A DNA stretch of 64,000 nucleotides from Vicinamibacteria bacterium. Its GTDB lineage: Bacteria; Acidobacteriota; Vicinamibacteria; Fen-336. The notes beneath the pieces were generated by a model. It did no database searches. It saw only the letters and a program-made list of their open reading frames with translations, and was not told where the DNA came from. The stretch spans positions 160 through 64,159 of the forward strand of contig DATBIO010000241.1 in NCBI GenBank assembly GCA_036556965.1. The letters run 5' to 3'. The number at the start of each line of letters is the position of its first letter. Position 1 is the first letter of the stretch. This document shows, piece after piece, positions 46,762 through 54,912 of this stretch. The position numbers and the translations under genes are program-made.

Positions 46762-49383
46762 ATGTCCGCCCCGGACGAATCCCCTACGGACGCGCCCGGC
46801 GCGAGCCGCGTGCGGCGGCGCGCCGCCGACGCCCTCGGCCTCCTCCTCGTCTACGCCCTGCTGCTGGGCACGGTGCCGCCCTCGCTCCTCCTGCTGCCCA
46901 CCATCACCGCGGGCGGCGACACGCCGTGCCATTACCCCACCGCGGCCTGGTTCGTGGAGCGGCTGCTCCCGCGCCTGCGGCTGCAGGGCTGGTATCCGGG
47001 GGCCTACCTCGGCCAGCCGCTGCTCCTCTACTACTTCCCGCTCCCGTTCCTGGCCATGGCCGCGCTCGCCCCCGTCTTCGGCCTGCCCGCGGCCTTCAAG
47101 CTCGGCGCCTTCGGCGGTCCCTTCCTCCTGCCCCTCCTCGCCTACGCCGCGTTCCGCCTGATGCGGTTCCGCTTCCCGGCGCCCCTGCTCGCCGCCGCCG
47201 CCGGCGCCGTCTTCCTGTTCGTCGAGGAGAACCCCATCTGGGGCGGCACCCTGGCCAGCGCCTTCACCGGCGAGTTCGCGTACGGGTGGGGCATCGGCCT
47301 GGCCGTGCTCTTCCTCGGCGTCGTGTACCGCGCCTACGCCACCGGCGCGAGCCCGGTCCTGCCCGCCGCGCTGCTGGCCCTGGTGGCCCTGGCCCACGGC
47401 TACGCCGTGCTCTGGGCGGGCCTGTCCGCCGCCTACTTCCTCTACGGCGCGCGCCGGCCGCTGCGCACCCTGGGCTGGCTCCTCGCCATCGCCGGGCTCG
47501 CGCTGTGCCTGGCCGGGTTCTGGCTGCTGCCTTTGCTCGGCGACTGGGGCTGGACCACGCCCTACGACGACCCCTGGATCACGGTGACCTGGCGCGGCCT
47601 GGTCCCTCCGCTGCTCTGGCCGCTGTTCGCGGCCGCCCTGCTGGCCCTGGCCGGCTCCGCCCTGCTCGCGCGCAGGGCGCGCGGGCACGACCAGCGCGTC
47701 CTCTTCATCGCCCACGCCGCCCTGGTGGCGGCCGCCCTCGCCGCGGCCGCGCCCGCCGCCGGCGTCATCGACGTCCGCTTCGTGCCCTTCGCCCATCTCG
47801 CGCTGGCCCTCGCGGGCGCCGCCTTCCTCGGCCTGCTCTTCGCCCGCCTGCGCCTTTCGGACGTGGCCGCGGTGGGGGCGGTGATGCTGGCCCTCGCCTG
47901 GTCCGACGCGCACTCCAAGGTCCTGCGCTTCTGGGCGGACTACAACCTGGGCGGCCTGGAGGCCAAGGAGCTGTGGCCGGCCTGGTCGGAGCTGAGCCAG
48001 TGGCTGCACGGGACGGCGGCCGACCCGCGGGTGGCGGTGGAGTACTCCACGGAGCACGAGAAGGCCGGCTCCATCCGCGTCTACGAGACCCTGCCCTTCT
48101 TCTCGGGCCGCTCCACCCTGGAGGGCGTCTACAACCAGGCCAGCGTGGTCACCCACCCCGTCTACTACCTGGCCTCCGAGCTGGGCGCCTCCTCGCCCAA
48201 CCCGTTCCGCCGCCGCGAGTACTCGCGCTTCGACACCGACGCCGCGCTCGGCCACCTCGAGCTCTTCAACGCCGACACCGTGGTCGCGCTCAGCCCCGCG
48301 CTGGTGGCCGCCCTCGACGGACACCCCGCCGCCCGCCGCGAGCGCGAGATCCCGCCCTACGTGGTCTTCCGCCTGCACCAGCGCACGGGCTACGCGGAGC
48401 CCCTGGCCTTCGCCCCCGTGCGCAGCCCGCGCGCGGGCTGGCGCGACAAGTCGTACCGCTGGTTCACGCGCAAGGAGCGCGGGCAGCCCCACCTCGTCTT
48501 CACCGACGACCCCCGCTTCGAGACGGTGGAGGCGGACGAGTGGCTGCCCCCGCCGCGCGTTTCCCTGGCCGCGGGGACCGAGGTGGAGTCCGTGGTGGAG
48601 GACGAGCGCATCACGCTCCGCACCAGCAGGGTGGGCCACCCGGTGCTGGTCAAGGTGGCGTACCACCCGCGCTGGCGCGCGGAGGGGGCCGACGGCCCCT
48701 ACCTCGTGGCGCCGGGCCTGATGATGGTGGTGCCCACCGCCTTCGAGGTGCGCCTCACCTACGGCCGCCGCGCCAGCGACGTCCTCGGCCTCGCCCTCAC
48801 CCTGTCGAGCCTGGCCGGCCTGGCGGCCCTGGCCGTCTGGAGGCGCCGACGCCGCGCGGAGCAGCCGCCCGCGGCCGCCCCCGTCATCCCCGCGGACGCC
48901 TGCGAGGTGCCCACGCCGCCGCGGCGCTGGGGAGCGGCCGTGCCCACCACCCTGCTCGTGGCCCTGGCGGCGGCGCGCTTCGTGCCGCAGGGGGAGGCGT
49001 CGGCCGACGCGGGCGACCTCTACGACCGCGCCTCGCGCGCCTACGCCGAGGCGCGCTGGGCCGACGCCGCCGAGTACGCGCGCCACGCGCTGTTCCCGGC
49101 CCGGGACATGGCCCTCCACGCCTCGCTGCTCAGCCTGCGCGGGGAGAGCCTGCTGCGCGCCGCGCGCCCGCGCGAGGCCCTGCTCTCGTTCCAGGACGTG
49201 CTGGGCGAGCCGTCCTCGCCCTACCGCGCGCAGGCCCTCTTCGGCGCGGCGGAGGCCCAGTCCGCGCTGGGCGACGAGGCGGGGGCCCGCGAGTCGCGCG
49301 CGCGCCTGCTCAAGGAGTTCCCGGAGTCGCCGTGGGCCACGCGCGTGCAGGCCACGCCCGCCGCCGCCACCGCCGTCCGCTAG
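46762..49383 (+). CDS. large polytopic membrane protein with a soluble middle domain and a C-terminal TPR-like region (possible GT-C-fold glycosyltransferase)
   Basis: More than 10 N-terminal TM helices, another TM helix near residue 690, and a TPR-like C-terminus. No confident family assignment. Confidence 0.6.
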   Translation: MSAPDESPTDAPGASRVRRRAADALGLLLVYALLLGTVPPSLLLLPTITAGGDTPCHYPTAAWFVERLLPRLRLQGWYPGAYLGQPLLLYYFPLPFLAMAALAPVFGLPAAFKLGAFGGPFLLPLLAYAAFRLMRFRFPAPLLAAAAGAVFLFVEENPIWGGTLASAFTGEFAYGWGIGLAVLFLGVVYRAYATGASPVLPAALLALVALAHGYAVLWAGLSAAYFLYGARRPLRTLGWLLAIAGLALCLAGFWLLPLLGDWGWTTPYDDPWITVTWRGLVPPLLWPLFAAALLALAGSALLARRARGHDQRVLFIAHAALVAAALAAAAPAAGVIDVRFVPFAHLALALAGAAFLGLLFARLRLSDVAAVGAVMLALAWSDAHSKVLRFWADYNLGGLEAKELWPAWSELSQWLHGTAADPRVAVEYSTEHEKAGSIRVYETLPFFSGRSTLEGVYNQASVVTHPVYYLASELGASSPNPFRRREYSRFDTDAALGHLELFNADTVVALSPALVAALDGHPAARREREIPPYVVFRLHQRTGYAEPLAFAPVRSPRAGWRDKSYRWFTRKERGQPHLVFTDDPRFETVEADEWLPPPRVSLAAGTEVESVVEDERITLRTSRVGHPVLVKVAYHPRWRAEGADGPYLVAPGLMMVVPTAFEVRLTYGRRASDVLGLALTLSSLAGLAALAVWRRRRRAEQPPAAAPVIPADACEVPTPPRRWGAAVPTTLLVALAAARFVPQGEASADAGDLYDRASRAYAEARWADAAEYARHALFPARDMALHASLLSLRGESLLRAARPREALLSFQDVLGEPSSPYRAQALFGAAEAQSALGDEAGARESRARLLKEFPESPWATRVQATPAAATAVR

Positions 49384-49393
49384 CCCGAAGGCC

Positions 49394-49660
49394 CTAGGTC
49401 CGGGGCCGCGGGGCCAGGCCCATCCCGATCAGCCGCTCGCGCAGCACCTCGGGGGATATGCGATGGCGCGCCACCTCGCGCTCGTCCACGGTGAGGACGG
49501 GGATGTCGAGGCCGTAGCGGGCGAGCAGGGCGGGGTCGCCGGTGACGTCCACCGTGCGGAGCGAGAGCCCGAACTCCGGCAGCACGGCCTCCGCCACCGC
49601 CTGCATGACGTGGCACAGGTGGCAGTCGGCCTTGCCCAGCAGGCGCGCGGCCGCGCTCAG
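49394..49660 (-). CDS. glutaredoxin-like small thioredoxin-fold protein (DUF836 type)
   Basis: LLGKADCHLCHVMQAV...VDVTGDPALLARYGLDIPVLTV. The only in-frame start is a CTG overlapping the FTR1 stop (CTGA). Confidence 0.5.
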   Translation of the reverse strand: MSAAARLLGKADCHLCHVMQAVAEAVLPEFGLSLRTVDVTGDPALLARYGLDIPVLTVDEREVARHRISPEVLRERLIGMGLAPRPRT

Positions 49661-51573
49661 CTCCGGTCCTTGCCCGCGGGCTCGGGCGCGGTCCGCCGCA
49701 GCGAGAGCAGCGCGCCGGAGACCACCACGGCCACGATGGCGAGCTGGACGAGGAGGCCGCTGAGGTCCGGGTGGATGCCCAGCCAGGGCACCTCGGGGAA
49801 CGTCACCGGCCGCGGCGACAGGTAGCCCGCCGCCACCAGGGCGTAGATCCCGGAGCCGGCGAAGACGATGGCCAGCCCGCAGAGCAGGGCGCCGGAGACG
49901 GCGAAGAGCGGCCGCAGGGGCAGGCGCCCCAGCGTGCCCTTGAGGAGGACGGCCGCCGCCACCACGGCCAGGAGGCCCGCGGCCGCGCCCAGGTACACCT
50001 GGCCGCGGTGCCCCTCGCTCTCCAGGAGCAGGGCCTGCGTGAAGAGCACGGTCTCCGCCGCCTCGCGGTACACCGCGAGGAAGGAGAGCCCGGCCAGCAT
50101 GAGCAGGTTGCGCCCGCTCAGCGCGTCGACCTGCCGGCGCAGGTACTGCATCCAGCGGCGGGCCTCCACCCGCGAGATGAGCCAGAAGCTCACGGAGAAG
50201 AGCACGGTGGCGGCGGCCAGCGAGACCAGGCCCTCCAGCAGCTCGCGCCGCTGCGCGCCCAGGGCCACCACCCGGTCGGCCGCCCACCAGGTGAGGGCGC
50301 CCGCGGGGAGGGCCAGCACCCACCCCGCGTGCAGCCAGCGCGCGGCATGCGCGCGCCCCGTGCGGCGCACGCCGGCCAGCAGCGCGCCCACCAGCAGCGC
50401 GGCCTCGATGCCCTCGCGGAAGTAGATGACGAAGGCGGCCAGCATGGGCACCACCGCGCGCCGCTCGCCCCCGATGCCGCGCAGGCGGTCCTGGAGCGCG
50501 GCCGCCGTCAGCTCCACGCCGTCGCGGTCGTCGCGGGCCAGGGCCGCGCGCACCTCGCGGAAGAGCGACTCGACCTCCGCCGTGCCCGCGGGGTCGCGCC
50601 CGCGGAGGCGCGGCTCGAGGGGCTCGAAGCCGGAGAGGTAGGCGTCGAGCACGAGGCGGTCGGCATCCCCCGTCCGTCCCTCGCGGTAGCTCCGCACGCC
50701 CTGGGCCACGAGCCGCCGCGTCTGGTCGAGGCCCGCTCCCGCCGGCACCTCGCGGAAGGCGCTCTCGCGGCGGGCGTAGACGAGGGCGGCCTGGGCGTCG
50801 GGATGGGCCTCCGCGCGCAGGGCCTCGAGCACCTGCGCGTCGGAGCGGGTGGCCAGGTCGCCCAGGGTCATGGCCACCGGGCCCTTCCCGGGCGTGCCCT
50901 CGTGGCCGAGGCGGAACACGTAGAAGGCCAGGCTCCAGCGGTCCTCCGCGCTCAGCGGGGAGAAGGACGCCATGGCCGTGCCGGGCACGCCGAAGGTCAG
51001 CGCGTTGTAGACGCGGTAGGGCGAGAGGTCGCGCAGGCGCTCGGCGTCGCGGAAGCTGGCGGGCGGGGGATCGAGGGTGGCCGCGCGCTCGGTCCGCGCG
51101 TCGCCGCGCGCGCCGTGGCAGGCGGCGCACGCCTCCGCGTAGAGGGCCTCCGCGCGCGCGAGGGAGGGCCGCACCACCGGCGTGGTGGGGAGCGAGAAGC
51201 GCGCCACCAGCATGTCGCGCCCGGCGCGGCAGGCCTCCGCCACCGCCTCCGGGGGGGCCTTGGCCAGGACGCGCGTCTCCACCTCGGCCAGGGCCGCGCG
51301 CACGGCGTCGTCGGCGGGGGAGGGGGCGAGCAGCGCGCCGGCCAGCCGGCGCGCGTCGGCGGCGAAGACGCGCTGCTCCTGGTACTCGGGTTCGCTGATC
51401 ACGGCCCCGTCGCGCACGGCCAGCACGTAGTCGCCCCCGATGTAGTCGAGGAGGGCCACCGCGCGCTGGGCGTCGCCCCCGTCGGGGGCCGCGGGCGCGC
51501 TCGCGCGCGGCCCCGCGCAGCCCGCCACGGCCAGGGCCAGCGCCGCCACCGCGAAATTGAAAATGAATTTCAT
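49657..51573 (-). CDS. cytochrome c - FTR1 family high-affinity iron permease fusion, lipoprotein signal
   Basis: Signal MKFIFNFAVAALALAVAGC. Heme motif CAACHG. FTR1 REGIEAALL (RExxE) motifs in the TM region. The upstream 111 codons of the ORF are junk. Confidence 0.85.
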   Translation of the reverse strand: MKFIFNFAVAALALAVAGCAGPRASAPAAPDGGDAQRAVALLDYIGGDYVLAVRDGAVISEPEYQEQRVFAADARRLAGALLAPSPADDAVRAALAEVETRVLAKAPPEAVAEACRAGRDMLVARFSLPTTPVVRPSLARAEALYAEACAACHGARGDARTERAATLDPPPASFRDAERLRDLSPYRVYNALTFGVPGTAMASFSPLSAEDRWSLAFYVFRLGHEGTPGKGPVAMTLGDLATRSDAQVLEALRAEAHPDAQAALVYARRESAFREVPAGAGLDQTRRLVAQGVRSYREGRTGDADRLVLDAYLSGFEPLEPRLRGRDPAGTAEVESLFREVRAALARDDRDGVELTAAALQDRLRGIGGERRAVVPMLAAFVIYFREGIEAALLVGALLAGVRRTGRAHAARWLHAGWVLALPAGALTWWAADRVVALGAQRRELLEGLVSLAAATVLFSVSFWLISRVEARRWMQYLRRQVDALSGRNLLMLAGLSFLAVYREAAETVLFTQALLLESEGHRGQVYLGAAAGLLAVVAAAVLLKGTLGRLPLRPLFAVSGALLCGLAIVFAGSGIYALVAAGYLSPRPVTFPEVPWLGIHPDLSGLLVQLAIVAVVVSGALLSLRRTAPEPAGKDRS

Positions 51574-51577
51574 TTTC
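51559..51577 (-). promoter_or_regulatory. Fur-box-like 19-bp AT-rich palindrome overlapping the iron-permease start codon
   Basis: GAAAATGAATTTCATTTTC is 18/19 self-complementary and matches 14/19 of the GATAATGATAATCATTATC Fur-box consensus. A TTGACC-N18-TACGCT promoter-like element lies immediately upstream. Confidence 0.4.
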
Positions 51578-51611
51578 GGGCGGCGAGCGTAGCAGACCTC
51601 CAGGGCGGGGG

Positions 51612-52322
51612 TCAACGGAGGGCGGCCTCCATGGCGGCCACGATGGCCACGGCGGCGGAGGCGGGGTCGGGGGCGGACAGCACGGGCCGGCCCACCACCA
51701 GGTAGTCGGCGCCCGCGGCCAGGGCGACGCCGGGGACGGCGTGGCGCGCCTGGTCGCCCTTGGGGGCGCCCGCGGGCCGGATGCCGGGGGTCACGATCAG
51801 GAAGCCGGGGCCGCAGGCCTCGCGGACCACGGCCGCCTCCCGGGGCGAGGCCACCGCGCCGTCGGCCCCCGCCTCCCGCGCGAGCAGGGCGAGGCGGCGC
51901 ACGCACTCCTCGACCGTGCCCGCGACGCCCAGGCGCGCGAGGCCGGCCTGGTCGTGGCTGGTGAGCACGGTGATGGCGAGGACGCGGGGGCGGCGCTCGC
52001 CCGCGCGGCGCGCGGCCTCCACCGCGGCCTGGAGCATCTCCGGGCCGCCCAGGGCGTGCACGGTGAGGAGGCTGACGCCGAGGGCGCTCGCCGCCTCCAC
52101 CGCGGAGGCCACGGTGTTGGGGATGTCGTGGAACTTGAGGTCGAGGAAGACGGGCCAGCCGTCGCCGGCCAGCTCGCGCACGAGCGACGGCCCCTCGGCG
52201 GTGAAGAGCTGGCTCCCGACCTTCATCTGGCCCGCGTGCCCGCGCAGGCGCGCGGCCATGCGCCGGGCCTCCTCCGCGCCGGGGAGGTCGAGGGCGACGA
52301 TCAGGCGGTCGCGGGCGGTCAC
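51612..52322 (-). CDS. pyrF: orotidine-5'-phosphate decarboxylase
   Basis: LIVALDLP, FLDLKFHDIPNTV and LLTVHALGG. GTG overlaps the pyrD stop (GTGA). Confidence 0.85.
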   Translation of the reverse strand: MTARDRLIVALDLPGAEEARRMAARLRGHAGQMKVGSQLFTAEGPSLVRELAGDGWPVFLDLKFHDIPNTVASAVEAASALGVSLLTVHALGGPEMLQAAVEAARRAGERRPRVLAITVLTSHDQAGLARLGVAGTVEECVRRLALLAREAGADGAVASPREAAVVREACGPGFLIVTPGIRPAGAPKGDQARHAVPGVALAAGADYLVVGRPVLSAPDPASAAVAIVAAMEAALR

Positions 52323-53293
52323 CCCTCGCTGCCGGCTTCCGGCCGCTGGTGGCCGGGGTACTGGAGCGTGCCCACCACCTCGTTCACGTCGCGCAGGCCG
52401 TGGCGGCCGAGATAGGCCTCGAGCCCGCCCAGGATGCGGCCGTACACGCCGGGGTCCACGAAGTTGGCGGTGCCGATCTGCACGGCGCGGCAGCCCGCGA
52501 TGAGGAACTCCAGCGTGTCCTCGGCGGAGGAGATGCCGCCGATGCCGATGACGGGGATGCGCACGGCGCGCGCGGCCTGCCAGGCCATGCGCAGGGCCAC
52601 GGGCCGGATGGCGGGGCCGGAGAGCCCCCCCGTGCCGAAGGCCAGGCGCGGGCGGCGGCGCTCCACGTCCACGCTCATGCCCAGCAGGGTGTTGATGCAG
52701 GAGAGGGCGTCGGCGCCGGCCTCCGCGCAGGTGCGCGCGAAGAGCGCGATGTCGCCCACGTTGGGGGAGAGCTTGGGGACGACGGGCAGGCGCGTGGCCG
52801 CGCGCACCGCCGACACCACCAGGCGCGTCATGGCGGGGTCGCCGCCGAAGGCCATGCCGCCCTTCTCCACGTTGGGGCAGGAGATGTTGATCTCGAGGGC
52901 GTCCACGCCGGGGGCGCCGTCCAGGATGCGCGCCACCTCCGCGTACTCCTCGGCGGTGTCGCCGCAGACGTTCACGATGACGGCGGTGTCGTAGCGGCCG
53001 AGCTGGGGGAGCACGTCGCGCACGAAGGCGCGCACGCCGATGCCCTGGAGGCCGATGGCGTTGAGGAGGCCGGAGGGCGTCTCCACGATGCGCGGGACGT
53101 CGCAGCCCTCGCGCGGCTCGAGGTACAGCCCCTTGGTGGCGATGCCCCCCAGCGTGTTCAGGTCCACGATCCCCGCGCACTCCAGGCCGTAGCCGAAGGT
53201 GCCGGAGGCGGCGATGAGCGGGTTCTTGAGGCGCAGGCCGGCGATCTCCACGGCCAGGCTCACCCCGGCGGTGGGGGACACGGTGGAGGTCAT
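52319..53293 (-). CDS. pyrD: dihydroorotate dehydrogenase catalytic subunit (class 1B)
   Basis: NPLIAASGTFGYG, EINISCPNV and IPVIGIGGISSAEDTLEFLIAG. Confidence 0.9.
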   Translation of the reverse strand: MTSTVSPTAGVSLAVEIAGLRLKNPLIAASGTFGYGLECAGIVDLNTLGGIATKGLYLEPREGCDVPRIVETPSGLLNAIGLQGIGVRAFVRDVLPQLGRYDTAVIVNVCGDTAEEYAEVARILDGAPGVDALEINISCPNVEKGGMAFGGDPAMTRLVVSAVRAATRLPVVPKLSPNVGDIALFARTCAEAGADALSCINTLLGMSVDVERRRPRLAFGTGGLSGPAIRPVALRMAWQAARAVRIPVIGIGGISSAEDTLEFLIAGCRAVQIGTANFVDPGVYGRILGGLEAYLGRHGLRDVNEVVGTLQYPGHQRPEAGSEG

Positions 53294-54138
53294 GCTCCCA
53301 CCTCGCGGCGCGCCGCGCGCCGGGCGGAGGAGCCGTCCTCGCCCCGCCAGACCACGTCCGCGGCCTCGAAGACGGGCCCCTCGGTGCAGGCGCAGCGGTA
53401 CTTCGGGCGCTCCTCCTCCGCGCGCTGGATCTTCACCACGCAGCCCAGGCACGTGCCCACGCCGCAGCCCATCCAGGGGTCGAGGCTCACGTAGGCGGGC
53501 AGCGCGCGGCGCTCGGCCACGCGCGCCACCGCGTGCAGCATGGCGTCGGGCCCGCAGGCGTAGAGCACGACCGGCCCCGGGCGCGTGTCCAGGTGCTGCT
53601 CCACGATCTCCGTCACGCGCCCGCGGTGGCCCAGCGTCCCGTCGTCCGTCGAGCACAGCAGGGGCACGCCCATGGCCGCGAAGCGGTCGCGCAGCTGGAG
53701 GTCCCCGGCCCCGCGGCCGCCGTAGAAGACGCGGGGCGTACGCGCGCCGCCCGCCTTCTCCGCGCAGAGGAAGAGGAAGGGCGCGATGCCGTAGCCGCCC
53801 GCCACGAGCAGCGGTTCCGCGCCCGCGGGCGGATCGGGGAACGGCCGCCCCAGGGGGCCGAGGCACTGCGCCACCTCGCCGGGGCGCAGGTCGCTCAGGG
53901 CGCGGCTGCCCGCCCCCACCGCCTTCAGGAAGACGGTGAAGGTCTCCGCCGCCCGGTCCACGGCCATGAGCGAGAACGGGCGGCGCAGCGGCGGCTCCGA
54001 CGACGTGCCCGCCTTCATCATCACGAACTGCGCGGGCCGCGCCTCCCGCGCGACGCCGGGGTGCCGGAAGGTCAGGAGGACGTAGGCGCCGTCGAGCTGC
54101 TGCTTGGCCACGAGGGGCGCGTCGAAGGTGGAGGGCAT
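53290..54138 (-). CDS. pyrK: dihydroorotate dehydrogenase electron-transfer subunit
   Basis: FAD/NAD-binding RPFSL and GGYGIAPF. C-terminal 2Fe-2S cysteines CGVGTCLGCV...CAC. Overlaps the pyrD start (ATGA). Confidence 0.85.
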   Translation of the reverse strand: MPSTFDAPLVAKQQLDGAYVLLTFRHPGVAREARPAQFVMMKAGTSSEPPLRRPFSLMAVDRAAETFTVFLKAVGAGSRALSDLRPGEVAQCLGPLGRPFPDPPAGAEPLLVAGGYGIAPFLFLCAEKAGGARTPRVFYGGRGAGDLQLRDRFAAMGVPLLCSTDDGTLGHRGRVTEIVEQHLDTRPGPVVLYACGPDAMLHAVARVAERRALPAYVSLDPWMGCGVGTCLGCVVKIQRAEEERPKYRCACTEGPVFEAADVVWRGEDGSSARRAARREVGA

Positions 54139-54185
54139 CCTGGACGGCGATGATAGCGCACGGCTTTGCGCGGCCGGTCCCGGGC

Positions 54186-54686
54186 CTAGGCCTCGTCCCG
54201 CGTCCTGCCGCGCAGGACTCCTTCGAGGAAGGCCCGATCGAGAACGTCTTGCGGACGAGGGGTATCTTTGAGCCGAATGAGCATGCGCGGGCTGGCCACG
54301 GGAATGGCGACTCCGTCCCGCTCCAGCGTCTCTGCGTCGACGGCGGCATCGGCATAGCTGAGGCCGCAGGCTCGGCCCATCAGGTCGACGACGATCTCGT
54401 CGGCCACGCGGACCACCACGTGCGTACGCACGTCCTCGTCCGCCACCTGGGCGGCGGCGTTGTCGCTGAGGATGGCCAGCGCCTGCTTGACCCGCGCGAC
54501 GTTCTGGGGGGTGTCGTCTACGAGCAAGTCAACGTCCTTGGTGAAGCGGCCGCCGCCGTGGGCGATGACGGCGAAGCCGCCGATGAGCAGATAGCGGGCC
54601 CCCGCCGCGTTCAGCGCGCGGCAGATGCGGACGACGTCCGCGGGCGCCGGCGCTCGTGCATAGCGATCATCATCCGCGTCATCCAC
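54186..54686 (-). CDS. small Pol-beta-superfamily nucleotidyltransferase-fold protein (MNT/AbiEii-like), atypical codon usage
   Basis: LIGGFAVIAHGGGRFTKDVDLLVD matches hG[GS]-x9-13-DxD. Many A/T-ending codons (GAT, TAT, GTT, AAA, CAA, ATT), unlike the neighbouring genes. Confidence 0.5.
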   Translation of the reverse strand: MDDADDDRYARAPAPADVVRICRALNAAGARYLLIGGFAVIAHGGGRFTKDVDLLVDDTPQNVARVKQALAILSDNAAAQVADEDVRTHVVVRVADEIVVDLMGRACGLSYADAAVDAETLERDGVAIPVASPRMLIRLKDTPRPQDVLDRAFLEGVLRGRTRDEA

Positions 54687-54912
54687 TCGTCCGCCTCATG
54701 GAAGGAAGAGAACAGGAACACGCCGCGCGGGACGAGCGCCGGGTCGCCGCGCAGGAAGGCCGCTGTTCGCGCCAGCCGCTCCTGGTCCTCCCACGCGCGA
54801 CCCCGATCCGACCGCCGTCCCACGGTGATCACGCCGCGATTATGGCACCGGGGCGGCGGCCCGGCCCGTGGCCCACGAGCGACGGCCCTCCGCCCGTTAG
54901 TATTCCCTGTCC

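Noticed and set aside
54611-54832. 73-aa minus-strand ORF upstream of and overlapping the nucleotidyltransferase gene, as a possible antitoxin
   Set aside because: It has coding-like GC3 but overlaps the NTase N-terminus by 76 nt if the NTase uses its first ATG, and it shows no recognisable antitoxin fold. Kept only as a possibility inside the NTase finding.
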